The notes under the pieces were generated by a model. The model was not told the origin of the DNA and ran no database searches. It worked only from the letters and a program-made list of their open reading frames with translations. The translations under genes and the position numbers were made by a program. This document shows positions 48,028-57,468 of a stretch of DNA of 64,000 nt, piece after piece; within the stretch, counting starts at the first letter, position 1; every line of letters begins with the position of its first letter. Source of the DNA: Gemmatimonadales bacterium (lineage in GTDB: Bacteria; Gemmatimonadota; Gemmatimonadetes; Gemmatimonadales; GWC2-71-9); contig JBFGJG010000001.1 of the NCBI GenBank assembly GCA_041577295.1, positions 148,117-212,116 of the forward strand, written 5' to 3'.

Positions 48028-49463
48028 CGGGCGCCCCGCGGTACGAGTCGGCACTGGCCACACGCTACGCGTCGCCGGCGATGCTCAAACTGTGGAGCGC
48101 GGAGCATCGCGCACGGATCTGGCGTCGCCTGTGGCTCGCCCTCGCTCGCGAGCAACGCCAGCTCGGCGCTGACATTCCACAGACCGCCATCGACGATATG
48201 GAAACGCACCTCGACGATCCGGACCTGACCGCGGTGCGTCGCTACGAGCATCGAGTGCGTCACGATGTCATGGCACACATCCATCATTTCGCGGACCAAG
48301 CGCCGGCCGCGCGACCGTATCTGCACCTGGGCGCGACAAGTGCCTACGTCACGGACAACGCGGATCTGATCGTGATGCGCGACGCCATGCGCCTCCTCCT
48401 CGGACGCATGGCGGCGGTGTTGCGCAGCCTGCGCAGCTTTGCACACCGTCAACGCGAGATGCCGACGGTGGCCTATACCCACTTTCAGCCAGCCCAACTG
48501 ACGACGGTCGGAAAGCGCGCGACGCTTTGGCTCTACGATTTTTGCCTCGACGCCGATTCGTTGTGCACGACCGTGGACAGCCTGCCCTTTCGTGGTTGCA
48601 AGGGAACGACAGGTACCCAAGCGAGCTACCTGCAGCTCTTCGGTGGCGACGATGCCCGTGTGCGCGAGCTCGATCGGCGCGTTGCCGAGGCGTTCGGCTT
48701 TCGCATCACGGTCCCCGTCTGTGGGCAAACCTACACCCGTAAGATTGACAGCAGTGTGCTCGGCGTCCTCGCCGGGGTTGCCGAGTCCGCATCGAAGTTC
48801 GGCACCGACCTGCGACTGCTGCAGCACGAGGGTGAGGTTTTGGAACCCTTCGAAGAGGATCAGGTGGGGTCGAGTGCGATGCCCTACAAGCGCAATCCGG
48901 TGCGCGCGGAGCGGGTGTGCGGTCTCGCCCGATACGCGCTCAGCCTGCGGGACAACACCTCGTATACCGTAGCGACCCAGTGGTTAGAGCGTTCCCTGGA
49001 CGACAGCGCCAACCGGCGGCTGGCGTTGCCGGAGAGCTTCCTGGCGGCCGATGCCATCCTGATGCTCTGCACCAACATCGCGGCCGGGCTGGTCGTGAGG
49101 GAGGATGTGGTTCGACGCAACGTCGAACGGTACATGCCGTTCATCGCCACGGAACGCTGGCTGCTCATGGGCGTGGCCCGTGGCGGGGACCGTCAGGCGC
49201 TGCATGAGATCATTCGGCGGCATAGCCGCGCGGCGAGTGAGGCGGTGGCACGTGGGGAACCGAACGATCTCCTCGAGCGGCTCTCCGCGGATGCCGCCTT
49301 TTCCTCTGTTAACACGACGGAGCTGCGCTCCGCCTTGGCGCCGTCCGGCTACATTGGCCGCGCGCCCCACCAGGTCACCGAGTTTCTAGAAGAGACGGTC
49401 GATCCATTACTCGCCCGGCTCGACGCCCACGCTGTTACCGACGAGGCTACCGTTACCGTATGA
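48024..49463 (+). CDS. purB: adenylosuccinate lyase
   Basis: It resembles the fumarate-lyase family and has the signature 'GSSAMPYKRNP'. Confidence 0.9.
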   Translation: MTGAPRYESALATRYASPAMLKLWSAEHRARIWRRLWLALAREQRQLGADIPQTAIDDMETHLDDPDLTAVRRYEHRVRHDVMAHIHHFADQAPAARPYLHLGATSAYVTDNADLIVMRDAMRLLLGRMAAVLRSLRSFAHRQREMPTVAYTHFQPAQLTTVGKRATLWLYDFCLDADSLCTTVDSLPFRGCKGTTGTQASYLQLFGGDDARVRELDRRVAEAFGFRITVPVCGQTYTRKIDSSVLGVLAGVAESASKFGTDLRLLQHEGEVLEPFEEDQVGSSAMPYKRNPVRAERVCGLARYALSLRDNTSYTVATQWLERSLDDSANRRLALPESFLAADAILMLCTNIAAGLVVREDVVRRNVERYMPFIATERWLLMGVARGGDRQALHEIIRRHSRAASEAVARGEPNDLLERLSADAAFSSVNTTELRSALAPSGYIGRAPHQVTEFLEETVDPLLARLDAHAVTDEATVTV

Positions 49464-50386
49464 GTTCCCTGCCGATCACCCAGACATCACTTCCGTTACG
49501 CTGCGTACGGCGCGGCAAGGTCCGCGAGATGTACGAGGTCGATGATACGACGCTGCTCATGGTTGCTAGCGATCGCATCAGTGCCTTCGACGTCATTCTC
49601 GCCGAGCCCATCCCACGGAAGGGCGCCGTCCTCACGCAAATGAGCGCGTTCTGGTTCCATGAGCTCGCGCCCATCACGCCGAATCACTTTCTCTCGGCGG
49701 ATACCGACGAGATCATCGATCGGGTCCCGGAGCTGGGAGAGTACCGCGAGACGATCAGCGGGCGATCGATGCTCGTGCGACGCACAACGCCGATCAGCTT
49801 CGAGTGTGTGGTGCGCGGGTACGTTGCGGGTTCGGCCTGGAAGGAGTACGCGCAGTCCGGCACACTCGCGGGTGAGCCGTTGCCCGCCGGGCTCGAAGAG
49901 TGCGGTATCCTTCCCGCCCCGATCTTCTCTCCGGCAACCAAGGCGGAGGAAGGGCACGATGAGAACGTTACGTTTAACCAGATGTGTGAGGCTCTTGGCG
50001 AGTCGCTGGCGGGCGAACTGCGTTCCAAGAGCCTCCGTTTGTACGAAGCAGGGGCTGCGCGAGCGAAGCAGCGTGGCATCATCATCGCCGACACCAAGTT
50101 CGAGTTTGGGCGCGCTCCCGACGGCACGGTGCTACTGATCGATGAGGTGCTAACGCCGGACTCCTCACGGTTTTGGCCGGCCGACCGGTACCGTGCGGGC
50201 CAGGGTCAGCCAAGCTTCGACAAGCAACCAGTTCGGGACTATCTTGCCGGCCACCGGGACCGAGGCGGCTGGGACGGCAACCCACCACCACCGCCGCTAC
50301 CGCACGAGATCGTCCGCGCGACGAGCATCCGGTACCAAGACGCGTATGTGCGCATCACTGGCGATCGTCTCCCGATGGACCAGTGA
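49460..50386 (+). CDS. purC: phosphoribosylaminoimidazole-succinocarboxamide synthase
   Basis: It has 'RGKVREMY', 'SDRISAFD' and 'IIIADTKFEFG'. Confidence 0.9.
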   Translation: MSSLPITQTSLPLRCVRRGKVREMYEVDDTTLLMVASDRISAFDVILAEPIPRKGAVLTQMSAFWFHELAPITPNHFLSADTDEIIDRVPELGEYRETISGRSMLVRRTTPISFECVVRGYVAGSAWKEYAQSGTLAGEPLPAGLEECGILPAPIFSPATKAEEGHDENVTFNQMCEALGESLAGELRSKSLRLYEAGAARAKQRGIIIADTKFEFGRAPDGTVLLIDEVLTPDSSRFWPADRYRAGQGQPSFDKQPVRDYLAGHRDRGGWDGNPPPPPLPHEIVRATSIRYQDAYVRITGDRLPMDQ

Positions 50387-51030
50387 TGATCGCGCCCGAG
50401 GGGCGCCCCTTCGTCCTGGCGGCGGCGGCAATACTCGTCGGACTCCTGGGGTTGGCGTGGTGGCGGGGCGGATGGTGGATCGTATTACTGTTGTGTTGGC
50501 TGCCCGTCGCGGTGTGGGTGCCGGCATTTTTTCGCGACCCCGCGCGACTGGGTCCGCGCGGCGAACGGCTCGTGATCGCGCCGGCCGACGGTCGAGTGAC
50601 GGAGGTGGTCAGCGTTGACGAGCCCGAATTCCTGCAAGGGCCGGCGACGAGAATCTCAGTGTTCATGAACGTGTTTGATGTCCATGTGAACCGCCATCCG
50701 GTGTCAGGAGTCGTTGTGTACCGTCTATACCGCCCCGGTCGATTCGTCAACGCGACGCTAGACAAGGCCAGCGAGGACAATGAGCGGATGTCCCTCGGGA
50801 TACGCACACCGCACGGTCCGGTGTTGGTTCGCCAGATTGCGGGGCTCGTGGCGCGGCGAATCGTGACGGACCCAGTAGAGGGCGATAGCGTTCGACAAGG
50901 CGAGCGTCTTGGGCTGATCCGCTTCGGCTCACGGGTCGATACGTTCCTGCCTCGAGGCGTAGAGGTGCGTGTCCAGCCGGGAGAGCGGACGCGCGCTGGC
51001 ATCACCATCCTTGCGGAGTGGCCGTCGTGA
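50383..51030 (+). CDS. psd: phosphatidylserine decarboxylase proenzyme (short form)
   Basis: It has N-terminal TM helices and the self-cleavage 'FGS' site in 'GLIRFGSRVD'. The GTG at 50383 forms a GTGA overlap with the purC stop; the ATG at 50386 is also possible. Confidence 0.8.
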   Translation: MMIAPEGRPFVLAAAAILVGLLGLAWWRGGWWIVLLLCWLPVAVWVPAFFRDPARLGPRGERLVIAPADGRVTEVVSVDEPEFLQGPATRISVFMNVFDVHVNRHPVSGVVVYRLYRPGRFVNATLDKASEDNERMSLGIRTPHGPVLVRQIAGLVARRIVTDPVEGDSVRQGERLGLIRFGSRVDTFLPRGVEVRVQPGERTRAGITILAEWPS

Positions 51031-51872
51031 GCCGCGGTTCGAAGCGACGCAGGCGCATGGGTCGCGCCATCGTAGTGGTGCCGAGTCTGTTCACGCTCGC
51101 CAACCTCTTTTTTGGCATTTGGTCCATCGTCCTCGCCGCCAACGGCGACTTCTACCGCGCCAGCTGGTGGATTGTCATTGCCGGGCTGCTCGACACGATG
51201 GATGGGCTCCTCGCCCGGGTGAGTCGCACCGGTACCCGGTTCGGTGCGGAGCTGGACTCACTCGTGGACATGGTGAGCTTTGGACTCGCACCTGCCGTCC
51301 TCATGTACCACCTGCTCTTCGCCGCGCAGGGGCCGTTCGCCTGGGTGTTCTCGTACGCCTTCGCGGTGTGCGTCGCGCTTCGTCTCGCCCGCTACAACGT
51401 CGCCGACGCTCCCAAAGGGACCTTCACCGGGCTGCCTTCGCCGGCTGCTGGGATGACGCTGGCAACCTACTACCCGTTCACGCAAACGACCTTCTTCCAG
51501 ACGCAACTGCTCGATCTGCCGTGGAACCAGATCATCGTCTTTCTGACTATCACGCTGAGCTTGGCGATGGTCAGCAACATTCAATACGCTCGATTGCCGC
51601 GAATCGGCTTCCGGTCGCTCCGTGGCGTGCTTGGGCTGATCGTCAACTTGACGATCTTGGGATTCGGAATCTGGTCGCGCGACATCTTCTTCTTCCCGCT
51701 CGGTATCACGTACGTCTCCTATGGCGTGGCGCGTGCGGCCGTGATCGGCTTCTTGGAGCGTGGGGAGGACGAGAGCTCACAGGTAGATCAACCAGCATCC
51801 GACTCGGCGCGGTCCCTCACCGTGCACCCTGGCTCCCTCGGGCGGCGTGGCCGCCGCCGGCATCGGGGCTAA
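51027..51872 (+). CDS. pssA: CDP-diacylglycerol--serine O-phosphatidyltransferase
   Basis: It has the CDP-alcohol phosphatidyltransferase motif 'DTMDGLLARV....GAELDSLVDMV'. The GTG at 51027 forms a GTGA overlap with the psd stop; alternative starts are at 51018 and 51057. Confidence 0.85.
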   Translation: MSRGSKRRRRMGRAIVVVPSLFTLANLFFGIWSIVLAANGDFYRASWWIVIAGLLDTMDGLLARVSRTGTRFGAELDSLVDMVSFGLAPAVLMYHLLFAAQGPFAWVFSYAFAVCVALRLARYNVADAPKGTFTGLPSPAAGMTLATYYPFTQTTFFQTQLLDLPWNQIIVFLTITLSLAMVSNIQYARLPRIGFRSLRGVLGLIVNLTILGFGIWSRDIFFFPLGITYVSYGVARAAVIGFLERGEDESSQVDQPASDSARSLTVHPGSLGRRGRRRHRG

Positions 51873-51880
51873 CGGGGCGA

Positions 51881-52144
51881 ATGGCTCGCTACCTCGTGGA
51901 GGTCCGGGTGATGTCCCGGCCCACCCTGCTCGACCCCCAGGGCCAAACGGTCGAGCACGCCCTCGAGGCACTCGGCTTCCGTGGGGTGGGTGACGTGCGT
52001 GTGGGGAAGGCACTCACGTTCAGCCTCGAAGGCAATGGCTCGAGTCGGGAGGAGGCAGAGCAGAAGGTTCGGCAGATGTGTGAGCGGTTGCTCGCAAACC
52101 CTGTGACGGAGGACTTTGTGATCACGCTGCGGGAGGGTGCATGA
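51881..52144 (+). CDS. purS: phosphoribosylformylglycinamidine synthase subunit PurS
   Basis: It is an 87-aa protein, 'MARYLVEVRVMSRPTLLDPQGQTVEHAL..'. It corresponds to the last 87 codons of the 391-aa ORF-track entry 50969-52144, the rest of which overlaps psd and pssA. Confidence 0.85.
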   Translation: MARYLVEVRVMSRPTLLDPQGQTVEHALEALGFRGVGDVRVGKALTFSLEGNGSSREEAEQKVRQMCERLLANPVTEDFVITLREGA

Positions 52145-52827
52145 TCCGAGTCGCCGTCATTCGGTTTCCCGGATCCAACTGCGACGCGGACACCTTGCGG
52201 GCCGCCGAGGCGGCTGGCGCCCACGCCTATTATATCTGGCATCGTCGGGATCATCTGGAGGACGCCGACGCAGTCATCATTCCTGGTGGATTCGCCTACG
52301 GCGATCATCTGCGCGCCGGGGCCATCGCGCGGTTCAGTCCGGTGATGCCCGCCGTGGAGGCCTTTGCCCGCGACGGTGGTCCGGTGCTCGGTATCTGCAA
52401 CGGCTTTCAGGTTCTCTGCGAGGCTGGCCTCCTGCCAGGGGCCTTGGTCAGAAACGCCGGCATTACCTTCCTCTCGCGGCCTGTACGGGTTCGCGTGGAG
52501 AGCACCGACACGCCGTTTACCGCGCAGTTCGAGCCCGGTGCTATTTTGCGTATGCCGATCGCTCATGGAGAGGGACGCTACGTCGCGCCGTCCGGCGTCA
52601 TCGACGAGTTGGAGGCCACCCAGCGCGTGATCCTCCGTTATGTAGGGGAGAATCCCAACGGGTCCATGCAGGCAATCGCCGGTGTGTCGAACCAACGGCG
52701 CAACGTTGTCGGCATGATGCCCCACCCTGAACGTTCAGCATTCACCCACTTGGGTGAGACTAGTGGCGCCCTAGTGTTCCAATCGCTCACGCGAAGCTTG
52801 GAAGTCTTCGAGGGAGGAGCCCGATGA
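52141..52827 (+). CDS. purQ: phosphoribosylformylglycinamidine synthase subunit PurQ (glutaminase)
   Basis: It has the nucleophile Cys in 'GICNGFQ' and the C-terminal 'MPHPER'. Confidence 0.9.
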   Translation: MIRVAVIRFPGSNCDADTLRAAEAAGAHAYYIWHRRDHLEDADAVIIPGGFAYGDHLRAGAIARFSPVMPAVEAFARDGGPVLGICNGFQVLCEAGLLPGALVRNAGITFLSRPVRVRVESTDTPFTAQFEPGAILRMPIAHGEGRYVAPSGVIDELEATQRVILRYVGENPNGSMQAIAGVSNQRRNVVGMMPHPERSAFTHLGETSGALVFQSLTRSLEVFEGGAR

Positions 52828-53465
52828 ACTGGCCGGCAACTATCGCCACGATCACCACCCTGACGCTCACCGCGACGGGCTGCGACAGCATCCCGTTCTT
52901 CGGGGGCCGCGGAGCGGACACGACCGCCACAGATACGGCAGCCGTGACCGCCCAAGCAACACCACCCGCTCAGCAGCCAGCGACCCAACCCGCGGCCCAG
53001 CAGCCGGCGGCGACGCAAGAGCCACAGCCACAACCTGCGGCCACCCAGACACCCCCCCGGCAACAGCCTCGCACATCCCCACCGCAGACGGCCCGACAGA
53101 CGCCACCGACCACGGTACGGCCACCAGCCGCCGCGCGGATGCCAATGGGACAAGACGAACCGTGGACACCCCAGTTCAGCGGCACGGTCGATCCGGGAAT
53201 GACCGCCGACCAGGTGATCGCGACGTGGGGACCACCGGTCGCCCAGCGGGCAGCCGGGAATTGGCTATACCTTTATTTCCGCAACGGGTGCGAATACACT
53301 TGCGGCACCTTTGACGTTGTCTTCTTGCAGGACGGACAGGTGGTGGACGCGATTGTCCGCGCTGGGAATCACATTTACTCAGGTGTGTCATCCTCGCCTC
53401 GAGGCCGCCCCGCGCTTTTCACGGCACCCGGCACAACACTCGACATCGGCGGGACAGGAACATGA
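52824..53465 (+). CDS. lipoprotein with P/Q/T/A-rich linker and BamE (SmpA/OmlA)-like C-terminal domain
   Basis: The lipobox is 'LTLTATGC'. The low-complexity region is 'PPAQQPATQPAAQQPAATQEPQPQPAATQTPP'. The C-terminus 'GMTADQVIATWGPPV...WLYLYF' resembles BamE. Confidence 0.5.
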   Translation: MNWPATIATITTLTLTATGCDSIPFFGGRGADTTATDTAAVTAQATPPAQQPATQPAAQQPAATQEPQPQPAATQTPPRQQPRTSPPQTARQTPPTTVRPPAAARMPMGQDEPWTPQFSGTVDPGMTADQVIATWGPPVAQRAAGNWLYLYFRNGCEYTCGTFDVVFLQDGQVVDAIVRAGNHIYSGVSSSPRGRPALFTAPGTTLDIGGTGT

Positions 53466-53767
53466 CCACAGAGAAGCCGAGTCGCTCCGAGGAAGAGTAT
53501 TTCGCGAAGCGAGAGGCTGAGCTCCTCAAGCAGCGGCGCGAGGCCGTCGACCGGGCCTCGAAAGATGCCGAGCGGCGTAGCCATTTCATGAAGTGCCCAA
53601 AATGCGGCGCGGATCTCGCCACCGAAGACTATCAGGGAGTTCAGGTGGATCGTTGCCCCGAATGCAATGGCGTCTGGTTCGACCGGGACGAGGCTGAGAG
53701 CCTCCTGAAGAAAGACGCCGGCGTGGTTGGGATCTTTCGATCGATCATGCGCGGCGTAAGCTCTTGA
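53462..53767 (+). CDS. zinc-ribbon (zf-TFIIB-type) domain protein
   Basis: It has '[10 protein letters not shown]....[16 protein letters not shown]' preceded by a charged helix. Confidence 0.6.
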   Translation: MTTEKPSRSEEEYFAKREAELLKQRREAVDRASKDAERRSHFMKCPKCGADLATEDYQGVQVDRCPECNGVWFDRDEAESLLKKDAGVVGIFRSIMRGVSS

Positions 53768-53792
53768 GTCGAATCGCTCGCGGGCCCGTGGT

Positions 53793-56063
53793 ATGATCAC
53801 GACGCGGGCCCGCTCCCTCCCTGACGACCCGCCGATCACACCCGAGCTGGTTCGCGAACATGGCCTGAATGACGGAGAGTATGCCCGGATCGAGGCCATG
53901 CTCGGCCGCGCGCCTACCTTCTGCGAACTCGGCATTTTTTCCGCCCTGTGGAGCGAGCACTGTTCCTACAAGCACTCGCGCAATGTGCTGCGTGGGTTTC
54001 CCACCGACGGTCCGCGCGTCATCCAGGGACCAGGCGAGAACGCCGGCGTGCTCCGCCTGCGAGATGGTTGGGCCGTGGCGTTCAAGATCGAGTCGCACAA
54101 CCACCCATCGGCGGTTGAACCCTATCAAGGAGCTGCTACTGGCGTGGGTGGTATTCTCCGCGATGTGTTCACCATGGGAGCGCGCCCGGTAACACTGTTG
54201 AACAGTTTGCGATTCGGTCCACTTACCGAAGCACGGAATCGGTATCTGTTCGCCGGAGTGGTGCGGGGTGTCGGCGACTACGGTAACTGCGTCGGCGTGC
54301 CCACCGTTGGCGGTGAGGTCGTGTTTGGTGAGAGCTACAGCGGCAACCCGCTCGTCAACGCCATGTGCGTGGGCATCCTTCGGGAGGACCAGCTCATTCG
54401 CGCGGCTGCGCACGGCGTGGGCAACATCCTGTTGGCCGTTGGTGCCCGCACAGGTCGGGACGGCATTCACGGGGCGTCGTTCGCCTCCGAGGAACTGACC
54501 GCGGAGAGCGAGGCAAGGCGACCGCAGGTCCAAGTCGGCGACCCCTTTACTGAAAAACTTCTCCTCGAGGCGAGCCTCGAGTTAATCGCGTCCGGCCACA
54601 TCGTCGCGATCCAGGATATGGGAGCGGCCGGGCTCACGTCCTCATCGGCAGAGATGGCCGCACGCGGGGGTGTGGGTGTCGAGATCGATGTATCGCGCTT
54701 GCCGACCCGCGAGCCGGACATGACTCCCTACGAGATGCTGCTCTCCGAGTCTCAAGAGCGGATGCTGGTGGTTGTCCGCCACGATCGGGTGGCAGAGGCC
54801 CAGGAGATCGCGCGTAAGTGGGAGCTGACCGCCACACCCATCGGCAGGGTCACTGACGATGGCATGTACCGTGTTCGTCATGGGGAGACGGTGGTGGCGG
54901 AGATCCCCGGTGACCGATTGACCGAGGACTGCCCAGTCTACTCACCACATGCGGTCGAGAGTCCCGTGGCGGAAGCTAGACGCCAGCGCGCGCCCGACGC
55001 AGGAGATATCGATCCCCACGACGCGTTGGTCCGTTTGCTGGACGCACCCACAATCGCCTCCAAGCGCTGGGTCTACGAGCAGTACGATTCGACGGTTCAG
55101 GCGTCCACCGTGATAGGTCCCGGAGGCGATGCTGGCGTCATCGGCATTCCCGGAACCACCATTGGGATCGCAACGGCCACAGACGGCAACGCGCGGTACG
55201 TTTTGTTGGATCCGTACGAGGGCGGGAAAGCGGCGGTCGCGGAAGCGGCGCGCAACGTGGCCTGCACAGGAGCTCGCCCGATTGGCATCACCAACTGCCT
55301 CAACTTTGGGAATCCGGAAAAGCCCGACGTCTTCTATCAATTCCAGATGGCCTGCCGCGGTATCGCCGACGCCTGTAGCGCGCTGAGGACACCGGTCACT
55401 GGTGGGAACGTGTCATTCTATAATGAAAGCCCAACCGGCGCCGTCGACCCTACACCGGTGATCGGCATGGTGGGGATCCTGGACGACGTGCGCGTGGCAC
55501 GACCGTCGCATTTTCGTTCACCCGGTGACAGCATTGTCTTGTTGGGTGACTCACGGGGGCACATCGCCGGGAGTGGCTACTGGGAGTACGTGTTGGGCGT
55601 CGTGGCGGGCGCACCACCCCCCGTGGACCTCGACGCGGAGCGTCGGCTGGTGGAACTGCTCGTGGACCTCGCCCAACAGAATCTGATCACCAGCGCTCAC
55701 GATGTCAGCGACGGAGGGCTCGCGGTGGCCTTGGCCGAAGCGTGCATCGGCGGTGCCTACGACCATGAGACGCTTGGGGCCGATGTTGACCTCAGGTCGC
55801 TGGACACCACCGCATCGGTCCACGCCCTGCTCTTTGGCGAGGACCATGGCCGGGCCCTCCTGAGCCTTCCCACCACCGCCCTGTCCGATGTCACACGACG
55901 AGCGGCCAAACGCGGCGTTCCCTCCTGGGCGCTCGGACACGTTGGTGAGATTAACGGCGATTTGGTGATCCGTACGCGGGGCGCGATATTTCAATGGCCG
56001 ACAGGCGACTTACGTACGCAATATGCGACGGCCATTCCCCGACGCATGCAGTTCCAGTCCTGA
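53793..56063 (+). CDS. purL: phosphoribosylformylglycinamidine synthase subunit PurL
   Basis: It has '[14 protein letters not shown]', '[21 protein letters not shown]' and duplicated AIR-synthase-like domains. Confidence 0.95.
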   Translation: MITTRARSLPDDPPITPELVREHGLNDGEYARIEAMLGRAPTFCELGIFSALWSEHCSYKHSRNVLRGFPTDGPRVIQGPGENAGVLRLRDGWAVAFKIESHNHPSAVEPYQGAATGVGGILRDVFTMGARPVTLLNSLRFGPLTEARNRYLFAGVVRGVGDYGNCVGVPTVGGEVVFGESYSGNPLVNAMCVGILREDQLIRAAAHGVGNILLAVGARTGRDGIHGASFASEELTAESEARRPQVQVGDPFTEKLLLEASLELIASGHIVAIQDMGAAGLTSSSAEMAARGGVGVEIDVSRLPTREPDMTPYEMLLSESQERMLVVVRHDRVAEAQEIARKWELTATPIGRVTDDGMYRVRHGETVVAEIPGDRLTEDCPVYSPHAVESPVAEARRQRAPDAGDIDPHDALVRLLDAPTIASKRWVYEQYDSTVQASTVIGPGGDAGVIGIPGTTIGIATATDGNARYVLLDPYEGGKAAVAEAARNVACTGARPIGITNCLNFGNPEKPDVFYQFQMACRGIADACSALRTPVTGGNVSFYNESPTGAVDPTPVIGMVGILDDVRVARPSHFRSPGDSIVLLGDSRGHIAGSGYWEYVLGVVAGAPPPVDLDAERRLVELLVDLAQQNLITSAHDVSDGGLAVALAEACIGGAYDHETLGADVDLRSLDTTASVHALLFGEDHGRALLSLPTTALSDVTRRAAKRGVPSWALGHVGEINGDLVIRTRGAIFQWPTGDLRTQYATAIPRRMQFQS

Positions 56064-56064
56064 T

Positions 56065-57465
56065 ATGTGTGGCATCTTTGGAATCGCCAATCACAGACGC
56101 GCCGCCGAGCTGACCTACCTCGGCTTGTACGCGCTGCAACACCGCGGGCAGGAGTCCGCCGGAATCGTGAGCGTCACCGAGGAGCGGCGCGCTCACGTTC
56201 GTCGCGGCATGGGGTTGGTGCACGACGTGTTCCCTCCCGCCTCGCTCGCCCGACTATCCGGATCGCTGGCAATTGGGCACACGCGCTACTCGACGGCCGG
56301 CGAATCGACGCCGGTCAACGTCCAACCGGTCCTCGTCAATTATCATGGCGGTCCTCTAGCGCTGGCACACAATGGGAACCTGACCAACGCGGCACGTTTG
56401 CGCGAAGACCTGGTACGTAAGGGGTCCATCTTCCAGTCATCCTCGGATTCCGAGGTGCTCATTCACCTCGTGGCGCGCTCCGAGGCCCGCGTGCCGGAAG
56501 ATCAGATCCTCGACGCCCTCGAACGTGTCGAGGGCGCGTACTCGCTCTTGCTCACCATTGGCCAAACGCTCTATGGCATCGTCGATCCGCGGGGGTTCCG
56601 TCCTCTCGTGCTGGGTCAGCTTGGCGGGGCGTGGATCCTCACCTCGGAGACGTGCGCGCTGGACCTGGTGGGAGCCACGCTCGTGCGAGAGCTGGCACCC
56701 GGTGAGTGGCTCAAAGTGGAAAACGGTCAAGTACACGACTTGCCACCCCTCCCTGCGAAACCCCACCGGCGCTGTGTGTTCGAGCTGATCTACTTCTCAC
56801 GGCCGGACAGCGTGGTGTTTGGCGAATCGGTCGATCGTGTCCGACGCGACCTCGGAAGACAGCTGGCCCGCGAACACCCGACGCCCGGCGCCGATTGTGT
56901 GTTCTCCGTCCCTGACTCATCAAATGCGATGGCGCTGGGCTACGCCGAAGAGAGTGGCATCAAGCTCGAACACGGGCTGATCCGCAGCCACTACGTGGGG
57001 AGGACATTCATCAATCCGGGTCAGGCCGATCGCACGGAGAAGGTCCGCATCAAGTTCAATCCGGTGCGGGGAATTATTCGCGACAAGCGCGTCGTCGTGG
57101 TCGATGATTCGTTGGTTCGGGGTACGACCTCGCATGGTCTGATTCAGCTCATCCGCCAGGCCGGTGCTCGCGAGGTGCATCTGCGGGTCGCATCCCCGCC
57201 CATCACGGGCCCGTGCTATTACGGCATCGATACACCGGACCGCTCAGAGCTCATCGCGGCACAGTGTACCGTCAAAGAGATTCGGCAGCGGCTCGGAGTC
57301 GATACGCTCGGGTATCTCTCCCTCGAAGGTACCCTTGCCGCGGTGGGGGGAAAGCCTGACCGTTTCTGCCACGCCTGCTTCTCGGGGGCGTATCCCACAG
57401 CAGTGGACGACCAACCACACACGAGGGATGCGAGTCCGTTTCGTCAACCGTTAATGGTCGAGTAA
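56065..57465 (+). CDS. purF: amidophosphoribosyltransferase
   Basis: It has the N-terminal nucleophile 'MCGIFG' and the PRPP loop 'VVVVDDSLVRGTT'. The ATG is at 56065. Confidence 0.95.
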   Translation: MCGIFGIANHRRAAELTYLGLYALQHRGQESAGIVSVTEERRAHVRRGMGLVHDVFPPASLARLSGSLAIGHTRYSTAGESTPVNVQPVLVNYHGGPLALAHNGNLTNAARLREDLVRKGSIFQSSSDSEVLIHLVARSEARVPEDQILDALERVEGAYSLLLTIGQTLYGIVDPRGFRPLVLGQLGGAWILTSETCALDLVGATLVRELAPGEWLKVENGQVHDLPPLPAKPHRRCVFELIYFSRPDSVVFGESVDRVRRDLGRQLAREHPTPGADCVFSVPDSSNAMALGYAEESGIKLEHGLIRSHYVGRTFINPGQADRTEKVRIKFNPVRGIIRDKRVVVVDDSLVRGTTSHGLIQLIRQAGAREVHLRVASPPITGPCYYGIDTPDRSELIAAQCTVKEIRQRLGVDTLGYLSLEGTLAAVGGKPDRFCHACFSGAYPTAVDDQPHTRDASPFRQPLMVE

Positions 57466-57468
57466 CGC

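Noticed and set aside
50969-52144. A 391-aa ORF in the track spanning psd, pssA and purS.
   Set aside because: Only the last 87 codons (51881-52144, 'MARYLVEVRV...') correspond to a real protein (PurS). The upstream part overlaps psd and pssA out of frame and is Arg-rich with no recognisable protein sequence.
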